From Verrucomicrobiia bacterium (lineage in GTDB: Bacteria > Verrucomicrobiota > Verrucomicrobiia > Limisphaerales > UBA1319): DNA of 64,000 nt. The notes under the pieces were generated by a model. The model worked only from the letters and a program-made list of their open reading frames with translations, made no database searches and had not been told where the DNA came from. This document shows, one piece after another, positions 47,257-58,202 of this stretch. How positions within the stretch are numbered: the first letter of the stretch is position 1; each line of letters begins with the position of its first letter. Location of the stretch: the NCBI GenBank assembly GCA_963664225.1, contig OY760937.1:512001-576000 (forward strand), written 5' to 3'. A program made the position numbers and the translations under genes.

Positions 47257-48186
47257 CTACTTTTCCGCTCCTGCAAGCAGAGTTTGGAAATGAGGGGGCT
47301 GTTCCTCCCTGGCGGCCATGGTAATCTCGATTTTCTTGAATCCGGCGGCTTCCATCCAGCGATGCAAATCCCGCTCAGAGAAGCCCAGCCACAGGTCTCC
47401 ATGGATGTCCCGGGCCTGGTCAACATGGTGCTTGAAGAGGTCCAGAATCATGATTTGCCCGCCGAGCCTGAGGATTTTGTAAGCGGAGTGAAGAGCGGTT
47501 TCCGGGTTTTTGGCGTGATGGAGTGCCTGGCTGAGCACCACCAGATCGACGCTATCCGGTTCAACGGGGGGTGTTTCGAGGTCGCCGAGACGAAATTCCA
47601 GGTTTTTAATGCCGTTTTCGCGCGCCTTGGCAGCGCCGAACGCGACTATTTTTTCCGAATTATCCACCGCGATGACTTTTTTGGCGCGCCGGGCCAGCAA
47701 TTCGCTGATGAGTCCCTCGCCCGAACCCAGGTCGGCGATGACCAATGGGGGTAAAATCCGCAGGAGCAGATGGCCAAAGGCCTGCCAGGAACGCCCCGGT
47801 CCATAGCTGCGATCAAATCGTCCAGCCACCTGGTTGAAATAGAGCTTGGCCTGGTCCTGACGAAGCGCAACGACCTGCTTTAAATTAAACTGATCTGCGT
47901 TGTGCTCGGATAATTCCTGGGCGCCTCGCACCGCGAGTTGAATGAATTCACGAGAGGCGTTGTCCGCCGTTGAGTTTAACTTGTAAAACGTGCGTTTCCC
48001 TTCGCGCCGGGATTGAACTAGGTTGGAATCCTGGAGCAGGCCCAGGTGGGTGGAAATGCGGGATTGGCCCAGGCGTGTGATTTCCTGGAGCTCATTGACC
48101 GAAAGTTCCTCTTTTTCGAGAAGCGCGATGATGCGCAGACGGGTGGGATCCGCCAGAGCACGCAGAGATTTTAGGATGCCAGACAT
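47257..48186 (-). CDS. sahR: ArsR-HTH + SAM-methyltransferase-fold regulator (SahR-like)
   Basis: LADPTRLRII...QSRISTHL ArsR domain; ADLGSGEG SAM-binding motif; divergent from metK-ahcY. Confidence 0.82.
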   Translation of the reverse strand: MSGILKSLRALADPTRLRIIALLEKEELSVNELQEITRLGQSRISTHLGLLQDSNLVQSRREGKRTFYKLNSTADNASREFIQLAVRGAQELSEHNADQFNLKQVVALRQDQAKLYFNQVAGRFDRSYGPGRSWQAFGHLLLRILPPLVIADLGSGEGLISELLARRAKKVIAVDNSEKIVAFGAAKARENGIKNLEFRLGDLETPPVEPDSVDLVVLSQALHHAKNPETALHSAYKILRLGGQIMILDLFKHHVDQARDIHGDLWLGFSERDLHRWMEAAGFKKIEITMAAREEQPPHFQTLLAGAEK

Positions 48187-48225
48187 GAGCTTTGTAAATG
48201 ACAGTTGACGACTGGTGCCAATGAT

Positions 48226-48245
48226 ATATCTTCTTATCCTGATAC
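48226..48245. promoter_or_regulatory. Candidate SahR operator within overlapping divergent promoters
   Basis: ATATCTTCTTATCCTGATAC (ATATC-N10-GATAC pseudo-palindrome), between TTGACG on + (48205-48210) and TTGACG on - (48245-48250). Confidence 0.6.
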
Positions 48246-48283
48246 GTCAATACGTAACGAAGTAACCTGTAGAAACAAAGATC

Positions 48284-49462
48284 ATGAGCATGAATTTTAT
48301 TTTCTCGTCCGAGTCCGTGGGCGAGGGCCATCCCGACAAGGTGTGCGACACAATTTCCGACGCGGTGTTGGATGCGTGTCTGACTCAGGATGCGCGCAGC
48401 CGTGTGGCGTGCGAATGCTATGCCAAGAGCAACGTGGTGGTTGTGGGCGGTGAGATCACCACCAAGGCTGAATTGGATTACAACCAGTTGGTGCGCGACG
48501 CCATCCGGGAAATTGGGTATGTGCATGACGACGATGTTTTCCATGCCGACAAGGTCTTTGTGATGAATCTGATAACCCGGCAAAGCCCTGACATCGCTCA
48601 GGGTGTGGACGCCCGTGGTGCGGAAGGCAAGGAAACGGACGAGCAGGGGGCCGGAGACCAGGGTTTGATGTTTGGTTATGCCTGCGATGAGACCCCGGAA
48701 TTGATGCCCGCGCCGATCATGTTCGCGCATCGCTTGGGCCGTGAATTAACCCGCATCCGCAAGGCCGGACTGGCCAAATGGCTGCGTCCTGACGCCAAGA
48801 GCCAGGTGTCCGTCCAATACGCCGATGGCAAGCCGGTGCGCATCACCAACGTGGTTGTTTCCACGCAGCACGCGGCGGATGCGAAGCACAAGATGATCTC
48901 GGATTTCATCATCAAAAACGTGGTCAAAAAGGTGCTTCCGGCGGAATTGCTGGATAAGAAGACCAAGTTCCTCATCAATCCCACAGGCCGGTTCGTGGTG
49001 GGCGGTCCCCAGGGGGACACCGGATTGACAGGCCGTAAGATCATTGTGGACAGCTACGGTGGCATGGGCCGCCACGGCGGCGGCGCTTTCAGTGGCAAGG
49101 ATCCATCCAAAGTGGATCGCAGCGCGGCTTACATGGGCCGTTATGTGGCCAAGAACATCGTGGCGGCCGGTCTCGCCACACGGGCTGAAATTCAGTTTGC
49201 CTACGCCATTGGATATCCGGAACCGGTTTCCGTGGCGGTGGATACTTTTGGGACCGGAACGGTGAGTGACGAGGCCATCACCAAGGCGGTGTGCGAGGTG
49301 TTCAGCTTCAAACCGGCGGCCATCATCAAACAGTTGAACCTGTTGCGGCCGATCTTCTCCAAAACGACCAATTATGGGCATTTCGGCAAGATCGACGATT
49401 TGAACAGCATCACCTGGGAAAAGACGGACAAGGCAGCCGCGTTGAAAAAGGCGGCGAAGTAA
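48284..49462 (+). CDS. metK: S-adenosylmethionine synthetase
   Basis: [44 protein letters not shown]. Confidence 0.98.
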   Translation: MSMNFIFSSESVGEGHPDKVCDTISDAVLDACLTQDARSRVACECYAKSNVVVVGGEITTKAELDYNQLVRDAIREIGYVHDDDVFHADKVFVMNLITRQSPDIAQGVDARGAEGKETDEQGAGDQGLMFGYACDETPELMPAPIMFAHRLGRELTRIRKAGLAKWLRPDAKSQVSVQYADGKPVRITNVVVSTQHAADAKHKMISDFIIKNVVKKVLPAELLDKKTKFLINPTGRFVVGGPQGDTGLTGRKIIVDSYGGMGRHGGGAFSGKDPSKVDRSAAYMGRYVAKNIVAAGLATRAEIQFAYAIGYPEPVSVAVDTFGTGTVSDEAITKAVCEVFSFKPAAIIKQLNLLRPIFSKTTNYGHFGKIDDLNSITWEKTDKAAALKKAAK

Positions 49463-49575
49463 CCCGCAAGTCTGCAACGGCAAACACCGGATTGGACGCG
49501 TTGGCGCGCGGTCCGGCGTTTACACAAAGGCCCGTAATGGGTCAAAAAGCATTCAGCAAAAAGAAATTTTAAAAT

Positions 49576-51063
49576 ATGGCTTCAGTAAAACTATCTCCCG
49601 CCCGCGCAAAGGGCACGAATGGGTCCGCCGCCAAGAACGGCAAAGCCCGTAAAACCTCGAATAATGATTTTCAGGTCAAGGACCTGGCGCTGGCCGATTG
49701 GGGCCGCAAATCGATCAACATTTCGGAACACGAAATGCCCGGATTAATGTCCTTGCGCGCCAAATACGGTGCGAGCAAGCCTCTCAAAGGGGTGCGCATC
49801 ACCGGATCGCTGCACATGACCATTGAGACCGCGGTCTTGATTGAGACATTGGTCGCCTTGGGTGCGTCGGTGCGCTGGGCCAGTTGCAACATTTTTTCAA
49901 CGCAGGATCAGGCCGCCGCAGCCATTGCCGCGGCCGGTGTACCCGTGTTTGCCTGGAAGGGCGAAACTCTGGAAGAGTATTGGGATTGCACCTACAAGGC
50001 GCTGATTCATCCCGGCGGAAAAGGCCCCCAATTGATTGTCGATGACGGTGGGGATGCGACGCTGCTGATTCACAAGGGATACGAACTGGAAAACGGGGAC
50101 AAGTGGGTCAATTCCCCCAGTGATAAGCATGAAGAACAGGTCATCAAGAACTTGCTCAAGAAGGTTTATAAGGAGAATCCCAATCGCTGGCACGAAGTCG
50201 TGAAGGATTGGAAGGGTGTTTCTGAAGAAACCACCACGGGCGTGCATCGTCTATACCAGATGATGGAGGCGGGCAAATTGCTCGTTCCGGCAATCAACGT
50301 GAATGACTCGGTGACGAAGTCGAAGTTCGACAACCTCTATGGCTGTCGCGAATCGCTGGCCGACGGAATCAAGCGCGCCACGGATGTCATGGTGGCGGGC
50401 AAGGTCGCCGTCGTCTGCGGCTACGGGGATGTGGGCAAAGGCTCGGCGCATTCGTTGCGCGGATTTGGCGCCCGGGTGATCGTGACTGAGATCGATCCCA
50501 TCAATGCCCTCCAGGCGGCGATGGAAGGCTTTGAAGTGACCACCATTGAGGACACTTTGGGCGAGGCGGATCTTTACGTCACCTGCACGGGTAATTGCGA
50601 CATCATCACGCTTGAGCACATGGAGAAGATGAAGGATCAGGCGATTGTGTGTAACATCGGGCATTTCGATAATGAAATCCAGGTGGACCGCCTGAACACT
50701 CGCAAAGGCGTCAAACAACTGAATATCAAGCCTCAGGTGGACCGCTACACCTTCCCGGATGGGCACTGCATCTACATGCTGGCCGAAGGGCGTTTGGTGA
50801 ACCTGGGCTGCGCCACCGGCCACCCCAGCTTCGTGATGTCCAATTCCTTCACAAATCAGGTGCTGGCACAATTGGACCTCTGGAAGGCCCGCGAGAGTTA
50901 CAAGGTCGGTGTGTACCGGCTTCCCAAAAAACTGGATGAGGAAGTGGCCCGCCTGCACCTCGAAAAAATCGGCGTCAAGCTGACCAAGCTGACCAAATAT
51001 CAGGCGGATTATATCGGCGTGCCTGTTGAAGGACCTTATAAAGCCGACCATTACCGGTATTAA
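49576..51063 (+). CDS. ahcY: Adenosylhomocysteinase
   Basis: [57 protein letters not shown]-terminus. Confidence 0.98.
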   Translation: MASVKLSPARAKGTNGSAAKNGKARKTSNNDFQVKDLALADWGRKSINISEHEMPGLMSLRAKYGASKPLKGVRITGSLHMTIETAVLIETLVALGASVRWASCNIFSTQDQAAAAIAAAGVPVFAWKGETLEEYWDCTYKALIHPGGKGPQLIVDDGGDATLLIHKGYELENGDKWVNSPSDKHEEQVIKNLLKKVYKENPNRWHEVVKDWKGVSEETTTGVHRLYQMMEAGKLLVPAINVNDSVTKSKFDNLYGCRESLADGIKRATDVMVAGKVAVVCGYGDVGKGSAHSLRGFGARVIVTEIDPINALQAAMEGFEVTTIEDTLGEADLYVTCTGNCDIITLEHMEKMKDQAIVCNIGHFDNEIQVDRLNTRKGVKQLNIKPQVDRYTFPDGHCIYMLAEGRLVNLGCATGHPSFVMSNSFTNQVLAQLDLWKARESYKVGVYRLPKKLDEEVARLHLEKIGVKLTKLTKYQADYIGVPVEGPYKADHYRY

Positions 51064-51089
51064 TAGATCAGTTGGATTTTAAACGCGAG

Positions 51090-51120
51090 AGACGGACATT
51101 CATTGTGTCCGTCTTTTTTT
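51090..51120 (+). terminator. Intrinsic terminator after ahcY
   Basis: AGACGGACA-TTCATTG-TGTCCGTCT followed by a T tract. Confidence 0.85.
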
Positions 51121-51288
51121 ATGCCTCAAAATTGCCATGCCAGTCTGGGGATTTAAAACCACCAGGCGTCCATTTCCAACTTCAGGAAGATCATCACCCA
51201 TTGAAATTTCGCACATTGTGTTGCGCAAAATAAACCATTAGCCCTTCGGGAATGTGTTTATCGGAGTCTGTTCCTTGGAACATTTCCA

Positions 51289-51810
51289 GTGCAGCCGGAA
51301 TCATGCAAGGATGTCGAAGTGGAGTTCGCGCGGGGCATTTACCTCGACGTCAATTCTCGGGATCCAGGCCACCATGAAATAGCACCCTCCGTTACAAGCA
51401 GCGAAAATTGTCGAAAATGCTGCGTGACCTGTGCTTGCAGGGTCGGATTTTTCTCGATATTGGGGGCAATTATGGTTATTTCACCTGCCGCTGGGCGGGA
51501 GCGGAACCAGCCAATCGGGTTCTTGCAATTGAGCCGGATCCAAGAAATTTCCAGTTTCTTAAATTCTTAAAAACAATCGAAAAAAATTTCCTGGCGGGTC
51601 AGGTGGAATTGACGGGTAATGCCGTGAGTCGCGCATACGGAACCATGCCATTTTTTGACGGATCCGATGAGCGCACCGGTTTGGGGCGACTGATGTTGAA
51701 AAAGAATGATAGGACGATCAGCGCAGATGAGGTGGCACTCGATGAATAGATGCAGGAGCGTTTATTGGACGCCCAAGTGATTCAAGCAATGAAACTTGCG
51801 GCGGAGGCGC
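51289..51810 (+). pseudogene. Disrupted FkbM-family methyltransferase
   Basis: FLDIGGNYGYF and VLAIEPDPRNF motifs in the 51408 frame. N-terminal part (VEFARGIYLDV) is in another frame. In-frame TAG at 51747-51749 precedes the degenerate IQAMKL (K.D.EG-like) motif; 9-nt duplication gives FLKFLK. Confidence 0.7.
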
Positions 51811-52044
51811 TCAAGCCCTGGGCATCCACCCGTTGGAAGCGCACGACCAACTCTACGCCCACGGCTATACGTTGGAGCGGATGGGGCGGAAATTGTGGCA
51901 CGCCCATACATGACGCGGTTATTTTCGTAGCGCATGCAGCGCTCACGGTAAGCGCGTGAAGAGGTGTATGGGAGAAGCGGCTGCCATTCGGGAAGGCTTG
52001 TCTTTAAGACCCCACTTGCGATAATCATGGGCGGAAATAACAGA

Positions 52045-52944
52045 ATGACCATTGATAAGAAATTGGACCTCGGCATTGCGATTCCGACGCTTAATTGCAT
52101 CGAGACCATTCGTGACACCGTGGAGAGCCTGCGCCGATTAAGGGATTGTGGCGCGCGTGTTGTGGTGGCCGATAGTTTTTCCACGGATGGCACCTATGAA
52201 TATGCCCGGGGGGCGGTCGATGCGGTGCTCCAGGTACCCAAAGGCAATTTGTACGCCGCGGTAAACGCCGTATTGGAAGGGATGGATACGGAATGGATGA
52301 CCTTCATTAACGGCGATGACGTGCTTTATTCCGGTGCCGTCGTGCAGGCCTTGGAACAGTGGTCATCCCAAGCCGATTTGATTTATGGGAATACGGATTT
52401 TATCGATATTGACGGCCGTTTTCTGCATTCCTGGAGCACACCTCCTCCCAGCGATTTTATTCCCATGGCGGCAAATCTCGTGATGCCCATCACGCAGCCC
52501 GGCACATTGTTCCGAAAAGCGGTGTTTAAAAAGCTGAATGGGTTTGACACCACCTTTCGGCATTCCGCGGACTTCGATTTTTTTCTGCGCGCCAAAACCG
52601 CGGGATTTCGTTTCAAAAAGCATCCAGGTTCAAGCACAAGCGCCTTCAGGTTGCACGGCAAACAATTTTCCCAAACCGCCGCAAAGGACCAGCTTGCCGA
52701 GGCCTTGGTATTGGTTGAAAGACAGAATTTAAGGGTGTCTTTCATGCGTCGTAAAATGGCCATGCTTCGGTACAAGCTCCGCAACAGTGAAAATTATCTG
52801 ATTCGCATGCTCCGCTATCGTTCCCTGATGGGCAGATATTTTCTTCCAAGAAGTGTTTTATGGTTTAAAAATAATGCCCAATCCGATCTGCGGACCCGCA
52901 CGTACGGGCAGGAGGACACCTCAAAAACAGGCTCAAACAAATGA
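52045..52944 (+). CDS. GT2 family glycosyltransferase
   Basis: IAIPTLN, VADSFSTDGT, FINGDD, ADFDFFLR. Confidence 0.9.
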   Translation: MTIDKKLDLGIAIPTLNCIETIRDTVESLRRLRDCGARVVVADSFSTDGTYEYARGAVDAVLQVPKGNLYAAVNAVLEGMDTEWMTFINGDDVLYSGAVVQALEQWSSQADLIYGNTDFIDIDGRFLHSWSTPPPSDFIPMAANLVMPITQPGTLFRKAVFKKLNGFDTTFRHSADFDFFLRAKTAGFRFKKHPGSSTSAFRLHGKQFSQTAAKDQLAEALVLVERQNLRVSFMRRKMAMLRYKLRNSENYLIRMLRYRSLMGRYFLPRSVLWFKNNAQSDLRTRTYGQEDTSKTGSNK

Positions 52945-52959
52945 TGAAACGTCATCCCG

Positions 52960-54477
52960 ATGAGGTTCCGGTTTTCTGCGCGGTTCCAACTTTGGACTCC
53001 GGGCCGCCGCAAAATTAAAGGCATGATTTCGATCATTCAAGACGGCACGCTAAGTTACCCTGAGGGCGGTGAGTTTTTTTCGCCTTCAGTCCGGTATCCT
53101 GAGTATCGTTTTCGCCACATCTCAGCGACTCAAAATCGTGTTTACGATGCGGTGCGCCAGATTTTCATCCAGGCCGGTCTCGACAAGGCGCATTTCGGAT
53201 CCTCGGATTGGAATCCGTTGGGATCGTATATCAAGCCCGGCCAGAAGGTGTTTTTGTTGTGCAATTTTGTTCAGCACCGGCGGCCTTTGGAAACACAGGA
53301 AAACTTCAAATCCAAATGCACGCACGGCTCGGTGTTGCGCGCGGTGCTTGATTATGTGCTGCTGGCCGTTGGAAAGAATGGCGCCGTTGCGTTCGGAAAT
53401 GCCCCGCTCCAAGGAGCCAATTGGGAATCCGTGATCAATGAGACCGGCGCGCTGGAAGTGTCGAAATATTACGAGACAGAAGACGTCAATATATCCGCCA
53501 GGGATTTGCGTTTGGTGGTGAAGGAACGCGGTATTCTCGGCAGTCCGACGCGCCATTTTGAGCGGGATACCGACAGGGATTCTGTCGAGATCGACCTGGG
53601 TGAGAACAGCCTGCTTGGTTCGCTGGGAAGAAACGGCCCCGCCCATTTCCGGGTATCCGATTATAATCCCGAGCGCACGGAAAAATTCCACAGTGGAAAA
53701 AGTCATCGCTACGTTATTCATCGCGCGATCCTGGATGCGGACGTTGTCATCAGCCTTCCAAAATTAAAGACGCACGAGAAGGTTGGAATCACCTGTGCCA
53801 TAAAAGGTTTTGTTGGGACCGTCGGCCACAAGGATTGCCTGGCACATCACCGGTTTGGAGGCCCGGAACAAGGCGGTGACGAATATCCTCAGGCATCCGG
53901 CGCGCGCGTGGCATTTTCAAAACTTCATGATTACGTGCATTCGCGCGGGCAGGGGACCCTTGTTCAGCGAGGACTTGTGGCATTGGATGCCAATTTGCGG
54001 CGCGTGCTGGGGCGTGCCCGATGCATCCAGGCGGGCGCATGGCACGGAAACGATACCTGTTGGAGGATGGCCGTGGATCTGGCGCGCATTGCGCATTACG
54101 CGAACAAAAACGGCGTGATGTCGGAAATACCTCAACGGACCCAATTATGCATCATCGACGGGGTAATTGCAGGCGAAGGGAACGGTCCGTTGTCGCCTGT
54201 AGCGGCTTCCGCAGGGGCGCTGATATTTGGAGACAATGCTGTTGCGGTGGATGAGGCCGCGTGCCGGGTGATGGGATTTGATCCGCAATGCATTCCGATG
54301 GTGCGTGAGGCCATTGCATCGCGATTCATGTTTCCACTTCATGCGGAAAGCGATGATTCCGGCAAGGTGATGTTCAACAATGAAGAAATCGAACTCAATG
54401 AAATGCCAATGGCGCTGGGGCGGCCTTTCAAACCCAGCCGTGGATGGCGCGGATATACGGGGGGGAAAGAAAGATGA
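52960..54477 (+). CDS. DUF362 domain protein
   Basis: IKPGQKV, CTHGSV, DVVISLPKLKTH..GITCAIK, IIDGVIAGEGNGP, NAVAVD...MGFDP..IP. Start 52960 or 53023. Confidence 0.82.
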   Translation: MRFRFSARFQLWTPGRRKIKGMISIIQDGTLSYPEGGEFFSPSVRYPEYRFRHISATQNRVYDAVRQIFIQAGLDKAHFGSSDWNPLGSYIKPGQKVFLLCNFVQHRRPLETQENFKSKCTHGSVLRAVLDYVLLAVGKNGAVAFGNAPLQGANWESVINETGALEVSKYYETEDVNISARDLRLVVKERGILGSPTRHFERDTDRDSVEIDLGENSLLGSLGRNGPAHFRVSDYNPERTEKFHSGKSHRYVIHRAILDADVVISLPKLKTHEKVGITCAIKGFVGTVGHKDCLAHHRFGGPEQGGDEYPQASGARVAFSKLHDYVHSRGQGTLVQRGLVALDANLRRVLGRARCIQAGAWHGNDTCWRMAVDLARIAHYANKNGVMSEIPQRTQLCIIDGVIAGEGNGPLSPVAASAGALIFGDNAVAVDEAACRVMGFDPQCIPMVREAIASRFMFPLHAESDDSGKVMFNNEEIELNEMPMALGRPFKPSRGWRGYTGGKER

Positions 54478-55442
54478 CGCAAAAAGTCCTTCTCACCGGC
54501 GGTTCAGGTTTTATTGGCTCCAGGGTTTATGCCGATCTCGTTGACAGCGGATATGATGTTCTCAGTCTCGATAAAAATTCACCGAGTAACCCGGTCCAGA
54601 AACACCAGGTGTGTGACATATTGGACCGGGCTGGATTGACTAACCTTGTTTCAAGTTTCAAGCCGACAACCGTCCTCCATCTGGCCGCGCGGACTGACCT
54701 GGCCGAAACGCAGAATATCAATGGCTACAGGGCCAACATTCAGGGTGTCGAAAATGTCATTGCGGCCATTCGCGCCACACCCTCGGTGCGACGTTGCATC
54801 TACACATCCTCTCAGTTGGTGTGTCATGTGCAATACAAGCCAAAGAACGATACAGACTATGCACCAATTAATCTTTATGGCGAAAGCAAAGTCCAAACCG
54901 AGAAGGCAGTTCGTTCCTCCGACGGCGGCGGAGTAATTTGGTGTCTTGTGCGTCCCACCACAATTTGGGGACCCGGAATGAACAGCCATTATCAACGGTT
55001 TCTGTTGATGATCAAAAATGGACGGTATTTTCATGTCGGGCGCAGACCCATTTTTAAAACGTACGGTTACGTCGGCAACGCGGCTTATCAGTTTCGCCGT
55101 CTGATCGAGGTTCCGGCAGAAGCCATTCACCAAAAGACCTTCTATCTGGCCGATTACAAACCCCTTTCCTTGCGCGATTGGACAAGTGGGTTTCAACTCG
55201 CATTTGGCGCGCCACCCATTCGAACCATTCCAGAGAGCCTGGCGCGTGTTTGTGCCAGGATGGGTGACTTGATTAACGCTTGCGGCTACAGGACATTCCC
55301 GTTCAATTCTTTCAGGCTCAATAATGTGTTGGCGGAATCGGGGTTCAGCACGGGACCCATCGAATCTGTCTGCGGTCCACTTCCTTATACGATGAAACAA
55401 GGCATCGAAGAAACGGCGGCCTGGTTTAATAAAATACACTAA
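54474..55442 (+). CDS. NAD-dependent epimerase/dehydratase (extended SDR)
   Basis: LTGGSGFIG, HLAA, YGESK (YxxxK), RPTTIWGPG. ATGA-coupled to DUF362. Confidence 0.92.
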   Translation: MTQKVLLTGGSGFIGSRVYADLVDSGYDVLSLDKNSPSNPVQKHQVCDILDRAGLTNLVSSFKPTTVLHLAARTDLAETQNINGYRANIQGVENVIAAIRATPSVRRCIYTSSQLVCHVQYKPKNDTDYAPINLYGESKVQTEKAVRSSDGGGVIWCLVRPTTIWGPGMNSHYQRFLLMIKNGRYFHVGRRPIFKTYGYVGNAAYQFRRLIEVPAEAIHQKTFYLADYKPLSLRDWTSGFQLAFGAPPIRTIPESLARVCARMGDLINACGYRTFPFNSFRLNNVLAESGFSTGPIESVCGPLPYTMKQGIEETAAWFNKIH

Positions 55443-55526
55443 TTTATCTGTTTTCCCAAAAAGCAATGAGGAATACCATCACGTGCGAGCAATCCGTAGA
55501 ATTCTTTTAAAGCAATATTTGCATCG

Positions 55527-56912
55527 ATGAATAAGAGTGTTTCAAGTTTGAATCCGCTTGTAACCAACAAGGAAAAGTTGATCTATGCGGCCCTCGGTTT
55601 GGTGACCCGCCAGAACTTGCTGGCGCAGGCCAGGGCCGTGCGACAACGGTTGGAATGGTCGCCGGCGGAATTGCACGCGTTTCAATTGGCCCGATTCCAG
55701 GAATTGCTCGCGCATGCAAATCGCAACGTCCCTTACTACAGGAAAATATTTAAAACGGTCGGGGTTGAACCAGGTGCATTTGATTCTTTTTCAGAAATGG
55801 CCAGGATTCCCTTGCTGACAAGAAGAAGCCTCACGGATTCATTCCAGGAGTTGCAGGACCCTTCCGTTCCGACTACAGCCGTGACGCGGATTAGTTCGGG
55901 GGGCACGACGGGAAAGCCTGTGACCGTCATTCATGAGAAGCGCAGGCATCTGGAGCGAATGCTTGTAACGCATCGGGCCTATGCCGTTGCCGGAAGGCGC
56001 TTGGGAAGTGCAACCTGTGAAATCGCGGGTCGGCCCATTGATTATTCCGCATGGACCTCCAATTCGGAGAGGTTGAAGAACCTGCTGTTCAATGTCTCCA
56101 TTCGACCGGCCTTCAACCTGACTGCCGGGAAAATAGATGGAATCATCGGCGAATTGGAGCAGGGAAAATGGAGCACGGTTTTCGCTTATGCCAGTGTGTT
56201 CGACATTCTCTGTGATTATGTCAGTGAACATAAAATGGAAATGCGTATCCCGCGCGTCATTCCATGCGGGGAACTGGTTACCGACACCCAGAAGGAGCGT
56301 TGGCGCCATGTTCTGGGCACGGAAGTGTTTGAGGTCTATGGATCGCGGGAAATGACTTCCATTGCCATGGAAACGGCCGATCACAGGCAATTGATGGTCA
56401 ACGGAGATCAATATTTTGTCGAAATCACCGATGAATCCGGGAAACCCGTTCCTGACGGGGAACCCGGCCTGATTACCATTACCAACCTGGTGGAACACGC
56501 GATGCCATTGATTCGCTATCAACTGGGTGACGTGGGCATACTTGGCAAGCCCGATCCGTCGGAAACTTTTCCATTCCGTCGTTTGAAAGTCACACATGGG
56601 CGGAGTGTGGATATCATAAAAACTCCGGAAGGCAAATTGCTGCCCGGCGAGTATTTTCCACATCTGTTCAAGGAAGTGGCGAGCCAGGTTGAACGCTTCC
56701 AGGTTGTACAGACCGCAATTGATAAACTGGTCGTAAAGGTCGTAAAGAAGCCGGGTTACTCCGACAAAATCGAAACCTACTTGGCCGATAAAATTCACGA
56801 GCAAGTAAGTGCGGGGTTAAACATTTCTTTCGAATATGTGAACGCAATCGAAACTTCTGTTTCAGGAAAATACCGGCCAACCATCAGCCTGATCCGGAAC
56901 ACGATAAAGTAG
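55527..56912 (+). CDS. Phenylacetate-CoA ligase-like / CapK-like adenylate-forming enzyme
   Basis: NVPYY, SSGGTTGKP, YGSRE, MPLIRYQLGD, GR..D, SGKYR. Confidence 0.88.
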   Translation: MNKSVSSLNPLVTNKEKLIYAALGLVTRQNLLAQARAVRQRLEWSPAELHAFQLARFQELLAHANRNVPYYRKIFKTVGVEPGAFDSFSEMARIPLLTRRSLTDSFQELQDPSVPTTAVTRISSGGTTGKPVTVIHEKRRHLERMLVTHRAYAVAGRRLGSATCEIAGRPIDYSAWTSNSERLKNLLFNVSIRPAFNLTAGKIDGIIGELEQGKWSTVFAYASVFDILCDYVSEHKMEMRIPRVIPCGELVTDTQKERWRHVLGTEVFEVYGSREMTSIAMETADHRQLMVNGDQYFVEITDESGKPVPDGEPGLITITNLVEHAMPLIRYQLGDVGILGKPDPSETFPFRRLKVTHGRSVDIIKTPEGKLLPGEYFPHLFKEVASQVERFQVVQTAIDKLVVKVVKKPGYSDKIETYLADKIHEQVSAGLNISFEYVNAIETSVSGKYRPTISLIRNTIK

Positions 56913-56976
56913 TCATGGCAGAACATTTTATGTGGCGGTTTTCCAGCGTGAAAATAGGGTGGCTGCTCGCTATTCA

Positions 56977-58101
56977 ATGAAAATTGCGCTGGTGAATTAT
57001 TCAGGAGGTGGGCTAAGCGGTGGTTGCCGCAAGTATTTGCGTCAAATTGTGCCCATCCTAAGGGCTCATCCGCGTGTCGATGAGCTGTCAATATTCGTTC
57101 CACCGAAAATCGATCTGGACGACTGTGGACCTTGCCTGGCCTGGCCGAATGCATCGCCGCTCCGCTGCATTTCCTTCATCAAACGCAAGCTGTGGGACAT
57201 TAAACCAGATGTTATTTTCATTCCCAATTTCTTCCGCCTGGGCTCTGGAGATGTGCCGACCGTTGTCATGATCAGGAACATGGAAATGGCTGCCATGCCG
57301 TTCGGACGCAATGCTACGATTGATCTTGTTCGCAATGCTTTGCGCCGAGCCCTGGCGCACCGGGGATGTCGAAAGGCCACGCGTGTCATTGCCGTCTCCG
57401 ATTACGTGGCCAGCTTTCTCAACAGGCAGTGGAGGATTCCGACTGAAAAAATTGACCGCGTTTATCACGGTATAGCACCGGCCGGAGACCCCTCCCGATT
57501 CATTCAGCCGGCGGCGTTAATGAATTCCGAGACCCGGCCGTTCATTTTTACCGCTGGCAGTATTCGGACCCATCGCGGTCTGACCGATTTGCTGGATGCG
57601 GCGTCGGACGCGCGGGTCAGGGGCCAGGATGTGCGCCTGGTCATCGCCGGGGGAGTGGATTCAGGTTCGGAATTTTACAAACGCGAATTGGATCAACTCG
57701 CACAGGCCAGCAGAATCCAACAGAATATTATTTACACAGGTCCGCTTAAGGAAAACGAAATGAACTGGTGCTACCGGCACTGCCGGATGTTCGTCATGAC
57801 CAGTCGCGTCGAGGCCTGCCCCAATACAGCACTTGAAGCGATGGCTCACGGGTGTCGGATAGTCTCGACGAAAAATCCTCCAATGCCGGAATTCTTTCGA
57901 GAAGCTGCCGATTATTACACCTCTGGAGTGGCGGATGAACTGGCTCTACGCATCGAGGAGGTATTCAGAGAGTCGGTGGCATCCAAGGAATTTAAAACGA
58001 AACGAGCGATGGAAATTGCCTCCGAGTTCACCTGGAAGAGAACAGTGGACGAAACCCTTTTGTCCTTGGAACGTGCCATATCCCAGAACAAGGGGCGGTG
58101 A
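56977..58101 (+). CDS. GT4 family glycosyltransferase
   Basis: IAVSDY, VYHGI, SRVEACPNTALEAMAHGC, FTW. Confidence 0.88.
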   Translation: MKIALVNYSGGGLSGGCRKYLRQIVPILRAHPRVDELSIFVPPKIDLDDCGPCLAWPNASPLRCISFIKRKLWDIKPDVIFIPNFFRLGSGDVPTVVMIRNMEMAAMPFGRNATIDLVRNALRRALAHRGCRKATRVIAVSDYVASFLNRQWRIPTEKIDRVYHGIAPAGDPSRFIQPAALMNSETRPFIFTAGSIRTHRGLTDLLDAASDARVRGQDVRLVIAGGVDSGSEFYKRELDQLAQASRIQQNIIYTGPLKENEMNWCYRHCRMFVMTSRVEACPNTALEAMAHGCRIVSTKNPPMPEFFREAADYYTSGVADELALRIEEVFRESVASKEFKTKRAMEIASEFTWKRTVDETLLSLERAISQNKGR

Positions 58102-58202
58102 TGGCCTTCTGATAGGTCCAGGCACGGAATCGCGCGTCTTAGAAATGAGAGGCGCGGAATTCACTCAACCTTTGGTTTGGAATACGTTACGGTTCGATCC
58201 AG

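Noticed and set aside
49463..49575. Possible SAH riboswitch before ahcY (contains CTGCAACGG and a hairpin)
   Set aside because: It lacks the GAGGAGCG / CAGGCTC core. The metK-ahcY spacer hairpin is more simply an mRNA stability or processing element.
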